NCBI RefSeq assembly: GCF_001194135.2
Contig: NC_068981.1
Span: 172,509,498-172,573,497 of the forward strand
Direction: 5' to 3'
Origin: Octopus bimaculoides
Taxonomy: Eukaryota
Length of the DNA stretch: 64,000 nucleotides
The position numbers were made by a program, and so were the translations under genes. Each line of letters opens with the position of its first letter. Positions within the stretch are counted from its first letter, which is position 1. The notes below the pieces were generated by a model. It saw only the letters and a program-made list of their open reading frames with translations, was not told where the DNA came from and did not search any database. Of this stretch, positions 25,410 through 38,111 are shown piece after piece.

Positions 25410-25640
25410 ATCGTCATCATTTAGCATCCATGGCACGAGTTGGATGGTGACAGGAATTGGCAAGGCCAGGAGCCACACCAGGTTCCATAGTCAGTTTTGA
25501 CATAGTTTCAATAGCTGGATGTCCTACCTAATGTAAACCATTTTACAGAGTGTACTGGGTGCTATTTATATGGCACCACCACCAATGCTTTTTATGTAGC
25601 ACCATCACCAGTACTTTTTACATGACACCAGCACCAATAC
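25410..25640 (-). mobile_element. Older RTE-tail retroposon
   Basis: catcatcgtcatcatttagcatccatggcacgagttggatgg...gctggatgtcctacctaatg...cagagtgtactgggtgc. Confidence 0.7.
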
Positions 25641-28468
25641 AACTTATACTTGTGGCAGCATTCATTTGAGGTGGGCTGTGCTAGCTCTGACTAATGAGTT
25701 CGTCATGTCCCTCATGACTGCCAACCACATCCAATGGACAAATGCCCCACTGAAAGAGCAACTGCATCAGATAGCACAAACATCATAGCTATAGTCATCG
25801 TTCACTGTTGAGGTGTACTGTTCGTGTTTAGAGTTTCAATGGGAATACAAGTTCACATGTGGTCCCCAGTCACACGCATACACACTTTAGGAGAGTGTGA
25901 TCCATAGCAGTTCATCTTGCCGTCAACTGTCAAATCACAAAGGATTCACTGACCAAGTCACTGCTGGTTATTGGAACAGATGTAGCCTGGGTTTGAAACA
26001 GGGACATTGGGGGTGGTGCGAATAGATGAGGAAACTAGCAAATGAAGGAGAGAAATATAGGAGAAGGGCAGGGATTACAGTAGATATGTGAGGACATTGA
26101 GAGTGATAGCAGGTAAGTAAGCAGTTGATGATGGAGAGCAGCAGTGGGGTGATTGAAAAAAACAGAAAGAAAACGGAGAACATGGTTAATACTGTACCTC
26201 AAGTATAACAGAGTACCCATGTGCAGTTATGATAGCTCACTAGAAATTTTATCCAAATTGTTAGTAGGGTGACAATTAGTATTGGAAATGAAGTTAGTAA
26301 TAACATAGGGACTAGAATGATGCAGAGTGTGAAAATTTAGAGAACTGCTAGCACTGGTGGTGATAATGAACTTCTTTGACAGCAGGTTATATCAAGTACA
26401 TTCAAAAAATATGATAACATAGGTTAATCAAAAAAAAAAAAAAAGGGTAATAAAAGCAGTTTTTGCAACAAGTGCAAGGAATAAATATGGACTGTAAGAT
26501 GTACGAGGTTAACAAATGAAGTTGAACACAAATGAATTGAAACTATACCTCCACACCAAAACCATTAGGAGATGCATGTAATGCAAACTGCTAAGATCTA
26601 CTGGGTTAAAATGTAAAAATGATATGGTACTGAAAAGCACTAAGAGAAAAAGGTAGACCATAGAAGATTTAAAGAAATGCTGCTATGACACCAAAGATTA
26701 TTACTTCCTCATAATTAGCAAAAATTTAGAAACTGAATGTTCAAGATCTCAAGGCTTCTATATTTATCTTGATTCTCATGTTTTATATATCTATCTTACT
26801 AGGGATACAGAATACTCTAGTAATACCGTTAAATTATACAAAGATAAATAATTGGAATTAATAAAGTTGTGCAGCAAACAAGATGAAGTTGGATTTCTAA
26901 GTTGTAAAGGAATAGATGCAAGTAGTGCAATCTATCAGTCAATGAGTGCACTAAAGTTAATTGGAATTTTTAGCAGAAAGCATGCCCAGATTTTAAATGC
27001 TAAATGTAGACTAACTCATGAGTAATATCTCTGTTTTAAAGATAAATTATTATAAAGTGAAATTCTGTTATCCAAGTAATTTCATGAGTATCATGGAGCT
27101 AGTGAGAACACATTAACTACATTTGGAGAATTTAAGAACACCGTCTTATTTTAACAATTGTAACAAAGATGCATTTTTTTTATATAAGTATGCCACCGAT
27201 GAAAACAGAACAAACCCATAACTTCTCTGAGACCTCACTGTGAATGTTAACCTCAAGTTAAGAGTAGATTTGAAACTATTGCAGCAAAGACTTAAATGAA
27301 TCATGTATAATTCCATCTGCTATCTTGCTGATATCCATAAGTGTTATGGTGTTTGGCACTCAAACCAGGGCAGGAAAGTAGGGGACCTGCAATGACTGAA
27401 AAGAAATGAGATGCGAATGACAAATAAATCTAAGGGATGTACTGAACAACACACTGGTGGTTAATGATAACTGAAGCAGAAACATACAAAGAAAAATTCG
27501 GCTGGTGATGATAATGAAATAGATGTTAATTGGTTTATATTCTTATGACTAGACACTTTCAAAAGTGAAGTATTCAATTATTTTCTTTAAATTACTAAAT
27601 CAAAATGTTCATATTTTTAGTTGTGTATAATTATTAAATAGAATGATCCAGTACTCACTAAATTAACACTGCATTTGACTTAGCCACCTTCCTTGCACTT
27701 AAACCAGTAGAATCAAACACGAGAAGTTTCCACACAAATGATAACCATATTTATAACCCAAGATTTGCAGAGTTCCTTATTCCAATTTAAGTTAATTCTC
27801 AACATTTGGCAGGGTAAGTTAGTCATTTTAATAATATTCTGGCTTTACTGCATTTGGGTCAATGTTGCAAAAACTCTTGTCTGATGTGAATTAAAACCCT
27901 CCATCATAATTTTATGTAAGAATCTTTTGTTATGTTCCTAACACCAGCTTAAATAATCCCTCTAAATTCTAGATTATTTTCAAGGTTAACTGAAGCACAT
28001 AAGCAGAGTATTTTATTTGAAAAGTAGTCATGAATGGATTAAGTGAAATTATGAAATAAAATAGTTTAAAATACAGTCAACAATGAGGAGCTAATGTCAC
28101 CTTTTCCTCATTGCATAATTATTTCTAACTGGACTTTTAATATACACTGCATAAAATATATTAATATTAAATATCGTTTTTCTATATGGGTGTGGAGGAT
28201 AGCATCTCTTACATATCTGCTAATCTTTCAAACCTACTCATTATAATAACGGATATCTACTGAGTGATTGTCCCATCACTAACTTTGGCAGAATTAATAA
28301 GACTGAAACAGGTCCAGAGTTGTCTCCCATATTTCCTGAAATGATTAAAATATTAACTATTTTTTTTTTCTTGATGCCTTATTGTTTATACTAAGATTTT
28401 TTATGCTTACTGCATTAAATATGTTTAATGCTAACGAACTAGACATAATAAAAACACTTAGAACTTAC

Positions 28469-28599
28469 TTGTAAACATCATTTTCAATAGGAAGAAGGTC
28501 ATACGCCATAGCTTGGAAAGTTAATTCATGAAGAAGAGGCGAAATAGGATCAAAACCTCTATCTAATATCAACAGCTGAGACCGATCCTTTTGTGGACC
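28469..28599 (-). CDS. STXBP1: Munc18-1 exon 8, [43 protein letters not shown](K)
   Basis: Acceptor atatag, donor gtaagt. 131 nt. SM-family signature [19 protein letters not shown]. Confidence 0.98.
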
Positions 28600-30078
28600 C
28601 TATATTCGGGGGAAAAAAAAACAAACAAAAAACCTCAAATGTAATTTTCATAAACACATAACATACAAACATGACAAAAAAAAATGTATAAACATGAACA
28701 CCTTTTGTCAATGATCTAAGAAACAAATACTACCAAATGAAAACATTCCAACTACCAGAAAAACACTCAACATATCATTTCAAACAATTGTAACAGTAAA
28801 CTATTTTGTCTAGATTTCATCTTTAACAATTATACAAACAAAAGTTATACAGTGCAAAGTACCGTTAACTTTATTTGCTTCAGTGAACAGAGCAGAACGT
28901 ATGTATCACACCTACTTTAATGTATATGTTTAGGTTAAGCAACTCCAACCTTGTGCATTGGAACAAATTTATACATATGAAAAATTTTGGTTGTTCATCA
29001 GTGTCCATGAGATCCTAATTTACTTGTGCATATACTGACTGTACTATTTAGTAGCATCTAGAATGATTCTGTACTGTCTAAATAAAGAACGCAAACAGAC
29101 AACCCTAAAGAGCTAACAAATTATTTTTCATACCCTGCTTTATCACACATATAAATACAGTAGCGTAATGGTTTGTTAAAATATTTCAGATCAACAAATA
29201 TAGTACACATTTTTATCCAAGTCAAATACATTTCTTGTAGACTTCTCTGAATAAATATCTTTCAATGATTTTAAACTGTACTTTGTTTATTCTAACTCTT
29301 TATGACTTATCCAACACACACAAGCATAGCAAGGGAATGTAAAATGCTGCTGATGACAATGATAATACTAGTGTGAATAGGACTTTCTACCACCTTTATT
29401 ACTTGGTTCATTAGCGTTAAGTTTGCAAACATTTCCCTTTCATAGAGTGGCACCAATGAACAATTGTAGTTACATTAGTCCTCACAAGTAACTTATTCTT
29501 GTGACAAATGATTATGACTAGCATTTCTCCAAACTATTTTGATGCTTTCAGCATCACTAATTTCTTTGTGAAAACTGTCGTTTACTCTAATTTCAAAATC
29601 TGTATGTTACTTGTCACAGTTCACCTAATAATTTCTTGTGAGGAAGTTCTTGTCCCTTTCATAATCTATGATCAGCAGTCAAGTTATAGTGACTTTGAAA
29701 TTTCACTTAGAAGTGTAAACATATACTTTCAGACAAGCTTTAAAAATGAAAAGCATAAAGTGTTTGGTCAGTTTTCCAAGACAACCAGGAGAGCATGTCT
29801 TCTTCAAACAATTGCATGTTTCTTTTCATCATTTACACATAATATAAGAACTTAGTCTTGAAAAACTATCTGTACATGGAATCGATTTTAATATCTCTTT
29901 ATCTGAAGAAAAACTTATCCTTTTGAAATCAGACAATTTTCTGAGTAGACAAGAGCCTTCAGAAACAATAAAATGAGTTCCTTTTGTGTCTTCAACACAT
30001 GATTCTCTAAATGTTAGAAATACATAAATTCAACAGGATTATATTTAAACCAAATATATGAATTTTAAAGTTTAATAC

Positions 30079-30163
30079 TTCTCCCATTGTTGGATCATCA
30101 GCTCTGTAGGCATCTAGTTTTTGTTGAACCATTTGAGCAAACTCAGCATTCTTGTCATAGTCC
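30079..30163 (-). CDS. STXBP1: Munc18-1 exon 7, (S)[28 protein letters not shown]
   Basis: Acceptor ttcttag, donor gtatta. 85 nt. Contains the [14 protein letters not shown] motif. Confidence 0.97.
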
Positions 30164-30343
30164 CTAAGAAAGAAGATTAAAATGCAATTTGAATTTTAAA
30201 ATTAAGACAGCATTAAAAAAATATATTTTTAATGCACAAAAAGTGTTCTGGTTACTAGAAACATTTCTTGTTTGCTTTAACATATAATATTACTTTCACT
30301 TCCCAAAGGGACAATCAAATTGTTATAAACGAATTTAACTTAC

Positions 30344-30492
30344 GATCGATATCGAACAGAAGGATATTCACCAAGTGTGGCACAGAGAGTTGCAATTTGT
30401 TCTGCACATCTCTCTAAATTAGGAATGCTTCCTTGCAATCTTGAAGCATTGTAGTATACTTGGAATGTATCAGGAGAGTCCAAAGAGAATAT
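30344..30492 (-). CDS. STXBP1: Munc18-1 exon 6, [49 protein letters not shown](S)
   Basis: Acceptor tttttcag, donor gtaagt. 149 nt. Contains the [15 protein letters not shown] motif. Confidence 0.97.
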
Positions 30493-30804
30493 CTGAAAAA
30501 CATTTCATGTCAGTTTTAAAATAAATATCTTATTTCAAACAAATTTATAAATATACAATCTGTTAAATAAGTGAACATCTAATAACAATGGATAATTCAA
30601 AATCAAAAACAATATACATACATTTAATACTGTATCATTCTGTTATGAATTAGATTTTGCAAATATAGTGTTTTTATATAGAGTATTCCTAATAACTAAA
30701 CAGAGAAATTAGTCTAATCAAAAATCTAAATTTAAAACCACAATGAAAGTGAAATATATTTCTAAAAAAAATATATATCAAGACTACATATGTATGTATG
30801 TATG

Positions 30805-30857
<53 letters not shown>

Positions 30858-30875
30858 NNNNNNNNNNGAGATATA

Positions 30876-31468
30876 CAGTAATCCCTCGGCTATTGCGGAT
30901 GTTACATTCCAAAACACCCCGCGATAGGTGAAAATCTGCAAAGTAGAAACAGTACTCTTTTACTTTTTTACTTGTTTCAGTCTTTTGACTGTGGCCATGC
31001 TGGAGCACCGCCTTTAGTCGAGCAAATCGACCCCAGGACTTATTCTTTGGAAGCCTAGTACTTATTCTTTCGGTCTCTTTTGCCGAACCGCTAAGTTACA
31101 GGGACATAAACACACCAGCATCGGTTGTCAAGCGATGTTGGGGAGACAAACACAGACATACAAACACATACACACATACATATATATATATACATATATA
31201 CGACAGGCTTCTTTCAGTTTCCGTCTACTAAATCCACTCACAAGGCATTGGTCGGCCCGAGGCTATAGTAGAAGACACTTGCCCAAGATGCCACGCAGTG
31301 GGACTGAACCCGGGACCATGTGGTTGGTAAGCAAGCTACTTACCACACAGCCACTCCTACGCCTATGTATAATTTTATTATAAATGCAAAACAACACCAC
31401 GGAGGGATCAACGTAAGCTTAAATAATAAACTGTGATAGGTGAACCGTGATATGGTGAGAGATTACTG
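30876..31468. mobile_element. Tc1/mariner (Tigger-like) MITE with TA target site, carrying a nested SINE
   Basis: Left end ta|cagtaatccctc and right end gagagattactg|ta form terminal inverted repeats, with further internal similarity (gataggtgaa). Confidence 0.75.
30955..31375 (-). mobile_element. Young two-part tRNA-derived SINE (head ggagtggctgtgtggtaag..., central CA/TA repeat, 3' part)
   Basis: Same family at 42260-42675 (-), 41647-41826 (+, 3' part), 61780-61990 (-, head) and 24240-24420 (+, decayed). Confidence 0.85.
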
Positions 31469-32539
31469 TATATAATTTTTAATACACAATCTAAGAAAGA
31501 GTTACTAATATTTTCATGCTGTAAAGATATAATAATTTGGCAGATTTATATAACATGCCATGTATCTCCAAGCATTTGTTCAGATTCAGTGCATACTGTT
31601 AAACCTATTTGAAAATCAGGACACTGGTCTATAAGAAAAAATGGGAAGGAAATTGCAAAGAAGATTGATGCAAAAAGTTGGATGAGAAGAAAAGAAAAGT
31701 AAGATATTTGTCCCCTTTTCCGATAGAAATCATAATTAATCTAACTGGTGTAGCATAATATAATGGAGAGAAGGCCAGAGTCTGTAAGAGGGTGGTATCT
31801 TCCAGTTTAACAAAAGAAACTTGTACATGTGCTTGCTTTTGCTAAAAGTTTTGGATCTGGAATTAAATAACGTGGTGGAATTCTTTCATCTAAAAAGAAT
31901 GTGCAATCTCTCAGCTACGCATAATTTGCATCTCTTTGATCCATTTATAAATGGTATAGATTTCTCCACACAATTTTCAACTTGATTGTATGTGGATCTT
32001 CAGATCTCAAACATGGATAGCCAACTTAGCAGATTCATTTTTATCAAAGTGTCCGAAAGAGAACTGAAGATTAAAACTACCTTCACATAAACTGACATAA
32101 TTTTTTACTCTTGATTACATTGTCTGAGAGAAATGCAGTAATTTCAACTTCATAAACAACTGAGTTTATCAAACATGCCTGATCAAGAAGGCAAGCTTCA
32201 AGATCTCAACAGTTACAACTGGGAGTGGGCTCTTGGTATGACTAGCAAGTGATAATGTTCTTTATATTGGGGCAGCAACAATACAAAATTTTTAACAAGC
32301 ATCTATTAAAAATCTTCCTGTATTTGTGGTTTACTGGAAAATGCTTATTAAATAATGCCAGGAATTCTTTACTTATGTCAGTTTTAACATTTGAGGAAGA
32401 GGAGGAAGGGGGTAACTATATTATTTCCCTAAGAGTATTTTTAGGCTCCATATTTTTTAACTGAAAAGTTATATGATATTTTTGAAACTACTGTTAGCTA
32501 GGGTATTCTTTTAGTATAGGGCTGCTTTATCAAATATGT

Positions 32540-33130
32540 GCTTTGGAAAGGATAGATTAGATATCCTATTGCTGATGTTGGCTATCAGGTTTTTAAACAC
32601 TATGGTGGGGGTGCAGAACTGTTTATGTATATATATGAGTTTCTCATTCTGTTTGTGATAGGGTTTATAAGAGCAAGAGTTTAAGTCTAGGGAAACATCT
32701 AAGAAATCAACTTTGGACAGATTAATAGATGCAGTAATTCTGAGGTATAACTGACAAAAGTTTTTTCCTTATTGCATCATTATCACAGTTGTTAGATATG
32801 CCCAAACCACTGTCACAGTATAGGCCAAGTGTGTATTGGGAACTTTGATCCCAAAGTATTTAATATATAGAGACCTACACAATCACTGATGTTTGCACTG
32901 TCATACGACCCTGTTGTTACATCTAATAGGTCATCTGTATCATACTTTTTTAACCCATACAGAGCCCTTACTGAGTAAAAGGGTTTTTCAAGCATTCATG
33001 ATAAAGTTCAGGTCTTTGTAGTCAATATTGACATATCTTTTGGTAAACTCAATCACCTTATCCACTAATGATCTTGATATTGAGGGATAAAAATATACAA
33101 TATCAAACTGTAAATCTAGCTGTATGCTTA
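32540..33130 (-). mobile_element. Degenerate Penelope-like RT remnant (second lineage)
   Basis: Translation gives LQFDIVYFYPSISRSL and DVTTGSYDSANISDCVGLYILN, resembling the PLE RT motifs FDI..FYPSI and GSYDGAE.CELVGLY.L. Confidence 0.7.
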
Positions 33131-33447
33131 TCCTTTAAATTCCAAAACCAATCTACCACAGTGCTGTTCTTTACCTATTGTAGTTTTTAGTAAACTCTAT
33201 AATTCTGATATTAATATTCCTTAGTAATTTTTAGCTACCAAAGCCATTTCAGTTCTTGGTGGGTTCAATAGTCTACACGTGTGTCTTATTACAGAAATTA
33301 GGTTTGCGATCTTTTAGAGTAATAAAAGTTTCACATTTTGCTAAGCACCCTAACCTATCATCAATTATATATTGTTTAGAGAGGAATTTAGCCTCATCGT
33401 TAATATCATTGTGCCTATCTATACATGAGCTACACACATAAGTGATG

Positions 33448-33449
<2 letters not shown>

Positions 33450-33514
<65 letters not shown>

Positions 33515-33515
33515 C
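33450..33515. repeat. (TG)n(TA)n compound microsatellite
   Basis: Visible directly in the sequence. Confidence 0.95.
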
Positions 33516-33730
33516 TCATCATCATCGTTTAATGTCCGCTTTCCATGCTAGCATGGGTTGGACGATTTGACTGAGGACTGGTGAAACCGGATGGCAACAC
33601 CAGGCTCCAATCTAAATTTGGCAGAGTTTCTACAGCTGGATGCCCTTCCTAATGCCAACCACTCAGAGAGTGTAGTAGGTGCTTTTACGTGTCACCTGCA
33701 CGAAGGCCAGTCAGGCAATACTGGCAACGT
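33516..33730 (-). mobile_element. Young RTE-tail retroposon
   Basis: Same family as 21130-21530, inserted next to a (TG)n(TA)n microsatellite. Confidence 0.9.
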
Positions 33731-34025
33731 ACACAAGATGTGAGTGTTTGTGTCTATACATGTATATGTATGTGTATACACACACACTTAAATTTGACTG
33801 ATTTGGTAGACTACATGAAAATCTAAAAATTGTTAACCCAGCTTTATGTTAATAATATATAAAGCCAGTATATAAAATCAAGATTGACTGAATGAAATAG
33901 AAAAAGAAAAAAAAATAACTGCAATAAATGGTTTTGTGTTTTTATGAATGGATAAGAATTGCCTAAAGTTAATCAATTGATTAATTTTTAGACATGTAGA
34001 CTATGTAGAAAGTATTTACTCTTAC

Positions 34026-34129
34026 CTGTGATTCATATGGAAGAAAAGCTATATTTATTTCTTTTAGTGTTTTGATGAATTTTAAGGTGGTAGATTTGCT
34101 TAGCTCTTTAAATAATTCATCAGGACATG
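34026..34129 (-). CDS. STXBP1: Munc18-1 exon 5, (A)[34 protein letters not shown]
   Basis: Acceptor tttttcag, donor gtaag. 104 nt. Contains the [16 protein letters not shown] motif. Confidence 0.97.
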
Positions 34130-34330
34130 CTGAAAAAAAGTTTATAAAAAAATTATCTTAGGAACGAATTCATTGGTAGCTCTTCAATTTGTCTACTTAG
34201 GATAGAGTTCTAAATTAAATATTTTTAGTGTTTTAAAATGTGAATAAAATTTTAATTATAAGTCTATTTGTAACTAATATAATAAAAAAAGCAAATCTGT
34301 AATCTATTTTTATTATTTGTATTGTTACAC

Positions 34331-35968
34331 TGTTCTATATTTTTGGAATGAGGAATTCTGTACATTACCTACATTGGACAGATATGTGTCCTCATCTTGT
34401 TTGTTGTTACCACGTTTCAGCCTTCATCAGGTGTCCTGGTGGAATTTTGAACCCAACCCTGGGTTCTCATTTTTACTGATGTTATTATTTAGTATTATTA
34501 TTACTTGGGGTTAGTAGCCCACGCTCTTAACCATTACACTATATGCCCATGGGAAATTATAGAGTAAATTTTAGGGCTTATAAACCTAATATTTTTGTAT
34601 CCTTCTTTAATACCGGTTCCCATATTCTACTCACATCTGCATTAGGTTTGGTTAGGAGGTTATTGTGTCCTAGCATATGTGCTGCCTCTTTGAGTTTTTG
34701 TATTTTCCAGTGGTGTCCTCAGTCTATTATTTTAACTTAATCCCACAGTGAGAGGTGGTCTCCACTTTTCCATACATGATCAGCTATACTTGATTTATCA
34801 ACATCTTGTGTCACAGCTTCACAATGTTCCTCTTCCCTTATTTTGAGTGGGCGACATGTTTCGCCTTTGTATAACCTACCACAACTGCATGGGATGGAGT
34901 ACACAGTCTTTGGTCATATTCTCTTCTATTGGTGGTTTTACTCGAAGGAGATATTTGTGAAGAGTTGTATTACTCTTGACTGTCCTATGTCATATCTTTT
35001 GTATCTTTTCCAAGAGGCCTTTTACATAGGGTAGACAGACTGTGGTCAGTTCATGGGTTTCATCCTCTCTCCTCTTCCTAGAGTGATGAACACCTGTCTA
35101 AAAGATCGCACTAGTATCCTAATAGGAAACTTGATGGAAATGCTGACCTTCTATGTAGAAACTACCTACTTCAGAGTAGACAGTGAGATATATCAACAGG
35201 ATGAGGGTTTAGCGAAAGGTTCGCTGTTATCATCAATATTAGCCAATATATACATGGAATACTTTGAGAATTTGGCTTTAGGATCAATACCACTAAAGCC
35301 AACCACATAGCTTCAATATGTTGATGGCACCTTTATACTATGGCCCCCACCAGGAAGATGTCCAAGTACTGCGATATCATGTGAACTCAATAAAGCCATC
35401 CATACAGTTCACAATGGTAAAGGAAAAAGACAAGCAGCTAGCATTCCTGGATGTATTAACAACATGCAGTAAGCATGGGTTCAGGACATCCATATACCGC
35501 AAGCCAACCTTCACTGGACAATACCTCAACTTCAATTCCCACCATCCATACAGTGTAAAGAGAGGGATTGCACAGTGCCTAAAACTAAAAGAGGCAGCAC
35601 ATATGTTAGGACACAATAACCTCCTAAGCAGATCTAGTGCAGATATGAGTAGAATATTAAGTATTAAGGAGGGATACAAAAATATTAGGTTTATAAGCCC
35701 TAAAAATTCACTCTATAATTGCCCATAGGCATATAGCATAATGGTTAAGAGCGCGGGCTACTAACCCCAAGTTCAATTCCAGGCAGTGCCTTAAAAAATA
35801 ATAACAACAACAACAATAATAACATCAGTAAAAATACATTGGGAATGAGAACCCTGGGTTGGGTTCAAAATTCCACGAGGACACTTGATGAAAGCTGGAG
35901 AGTAAATCAGCTGAAATGTGTCCTCAACAAGATGAGGACACATATCCATCCAATGTAAATATTGTATT
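34331..35968. mobile_element. Rearranged non-autonomous Penelope-like element with ~370-390 bp inverted termini
   Basis: Inverted repeats at 34331-34699 and 35581-35968. Plus-strand RT fragments at 35053-35580 (YQQDEGLAKGSLLSSILANIYME; IQFTMVKE..QLAFLDV; YRKPTFTGQYLNFNSHHP). Minus-strand GIY-YIG fragment at ~34755-34990 (VYSIPCSCGRLYKGETCRPLKIREEEH). Confidence 0.85.
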
Positions 35969-36651
35969 GCTATGTTAACTTAAATTTCTAACAATAATGC
36001 ATCAAATTTCCAGTTTTCACATCTACCAACACTATCCAACCCCATGATAGTATGAAAGAAAAAAGACAGAGAAAAGGTTTGAAGATCAATCATTATGTAT
36101 TATCTTTTCATTTTGAATTTCTTTTACTTAAGAAATTTTCTCCCTTCTTTTACAGTGACTCATTTTTTAGTGGAAGAGTAGTCTCAACTGATATATATAT
36201 ATACTACAAAATTTAGTGTTAAGGAACAAATATGCAAAGTTTGAGGAATAAATATCCCTTTGATCTGAAAAACTGTATTTCCTGAAGTTTGAGAATTCAG
36301 GAAATAAAAAAAAAAAAAAGAGATTGCTCTGAGATTGAGGGATTTTTTTTTTAAATGCAGATTTAAAAGCAATTATCAAGTTTACTTAGCTAAAAATAAA
36401 AAAATACTTTGAATTTCATTTTCAACAGCCCCAATTTCTTTTTAATCATCTCTCAATAATCAGTCATAAATCCGTATCAAGTTAAACTTCAGTATAATTA
36501 TACACAAATATAATTTAGTATAATAGTAGTTATATTCTTTTTTTTTTTTCGTACATTTCTAAATAGGCTACAAATCTATTATAAGAAATAGGCTGAAAAG
36601 TAAATGAAATCAAATCGACAAAAAAAAAAATATCTAAGTTCAATTATTTAC

Positions 36652-36730
36652 CTTCAGAGAAGAATATGTGTGCACCCCGATACTGAGGGCTCTCAGGATT
36701 TTGGAAATCAGCCATTAAACTCTTGACAGA
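36652..36730 (-). CDS. STXBP1: Munc18-1 exon 4, SVKSLMADFQNPESPQYRGAHIFFSE
   Basis: Acceptor ctttaag, donor gtaaat. 79 nt, in frame. Confidence 0.96.
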
Positions 36731-36861
36731 CTTAAAGAAAAAAAATCAATATTTTAATATTTAGTAAAAGAATAGATAGACTATATAGAAATAGAAGTGT
36801 CTAAAAATGCTTTATGAACTGAGAAACTGAAACAAACAAACAAAAAAATACATCTATTTAC

Positions 36862-36938
36862 CTCCTTAGTTGGGGTAATCAAATAAACTGCTTCAAGCAA
36901 AGGCAATGGTTCTCGTCTCCTGTTTATATCTTCCACCA
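36862..36938 (-). CDS. STXBP1: Munc18-1 exon 3, (L)[25 protein letters not shown]
   Basis: Acceptor ttgcag, donor gtaaat. 77 nt. Contains the [13 protein letters not shown] motif. Confidence 0.97.
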
Positions 36939-37269
36939 CTGCAATAAAGAATCAAGGATTAAATTATCCAAATAAATTTAAAAAAAAAATTTAATGTACC
37001 ATTTATTCATCTGAAATAAATTCAACTGAGTACTTAAAGTTACAAGTGCAAAAAACATAAACTTTATTTGAATAATAATCTGTAAAAGAAACCGCATTAA
37101 AATTATCAGTTTCAATGTGTCTTTATCTTAGGCTGTATGAATCAGTTATGATTCCAATCTAAGATCTTGTATGTTCATTATCTGTCATCTGATCTAAGAA
37201 ACTCGTTTTTTTAATGATCTGATCTAATTCATTTCAACTTTTCAATGATTTATCTTTTTTTTTGATTCC

Positions 37270-37850
37270 GCTGCATCTCTTTTGTGTCCACAGTTTGCAT
37301 TGAGCACACCATATGGAATTTCTACAAACAGCCTTTCTACATATCAAGCAGGGCCATATTCCAGAAGGGAATTGAGAAAGCTGTCTATTTCCCAGCTCAA
37401 TAAAACTTTGGTCTCTCCTAAGTTAACTTTAAGACCTTTGATTTCAGGTTTAGCTTCTACAGTTTCAGCTATAAGAATTAGACCATCAATAGAGAGGAAC
37501 TCTCAAGCGTAACCAGTCTTAAATTCCTTTTATAGCCTAGAGGACTATGAAAATTACAAGTGGACCGGGAACCTGGCCCTTCTTGCAAACTAAATTTGTC
37601 GCTGTCCTGATTGCTCTCATTTTACTGACAGCTGTTCTGTACATGGCTTGGATGGCTCTTGCCAGCTCTAGCTTCCTCAGGGATCCCCAAATCCGGGAGC
37701 AAGATTTCTCCATGTTGACAAATGCCAAGTTCTGTTTACTTTTGGCTAAAATCTTCTGCAGTTGCCTTACTAGAAAGAGAGCATCAGTAGTGTTTCTCCC
37801 TGGCACACAGCTAAACTGCATCTCATCTAGGCTAACTCTCTAAGTAGTTA
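37270..37850 (-). mobile_element. RTE LINE RT fragment
   Basis: ORF-track peptide QFSCVPGRNTTDALFLVRQLQK..LAFVNMEK. Downstream frames give a YADGL-type motif and GLKVNLGETKV. Confidence 0.85.
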
Positions 37851-37979
37851 AGCTACAACCTTAGTCCAGCAACACCTAAATTTGTGCTTTGCTTTGATTA
37901 AAATCTGTTCATTTGTATTAAAAAAAAAACATATCTTGAAATATTTTATTTGAACTGAAATTAAGCAATAGTAACTCAC

Positions 37980-38111
37980 GTGTAATTCCCTCAGACATGA
38001 TCTCATGCATTTTGCAGCATGCTGATATCATTCTCATACTAAGCTGGTCAACAATAAGAACTTTCCATTCTGCATTTTTCTTTACTGCCAATACAACATC
38101 ATTCATAATTT
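37980..38111 (-). CDS. STXBP1: Munc18-1 exon 2, (K)[43 protein letters not shown]
   Basis: Acceptor ttcaag, donor gtgagt. 132 nt, phase 1-1. Sec1-family motif WKVLIVD. Confidence 0.97.
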
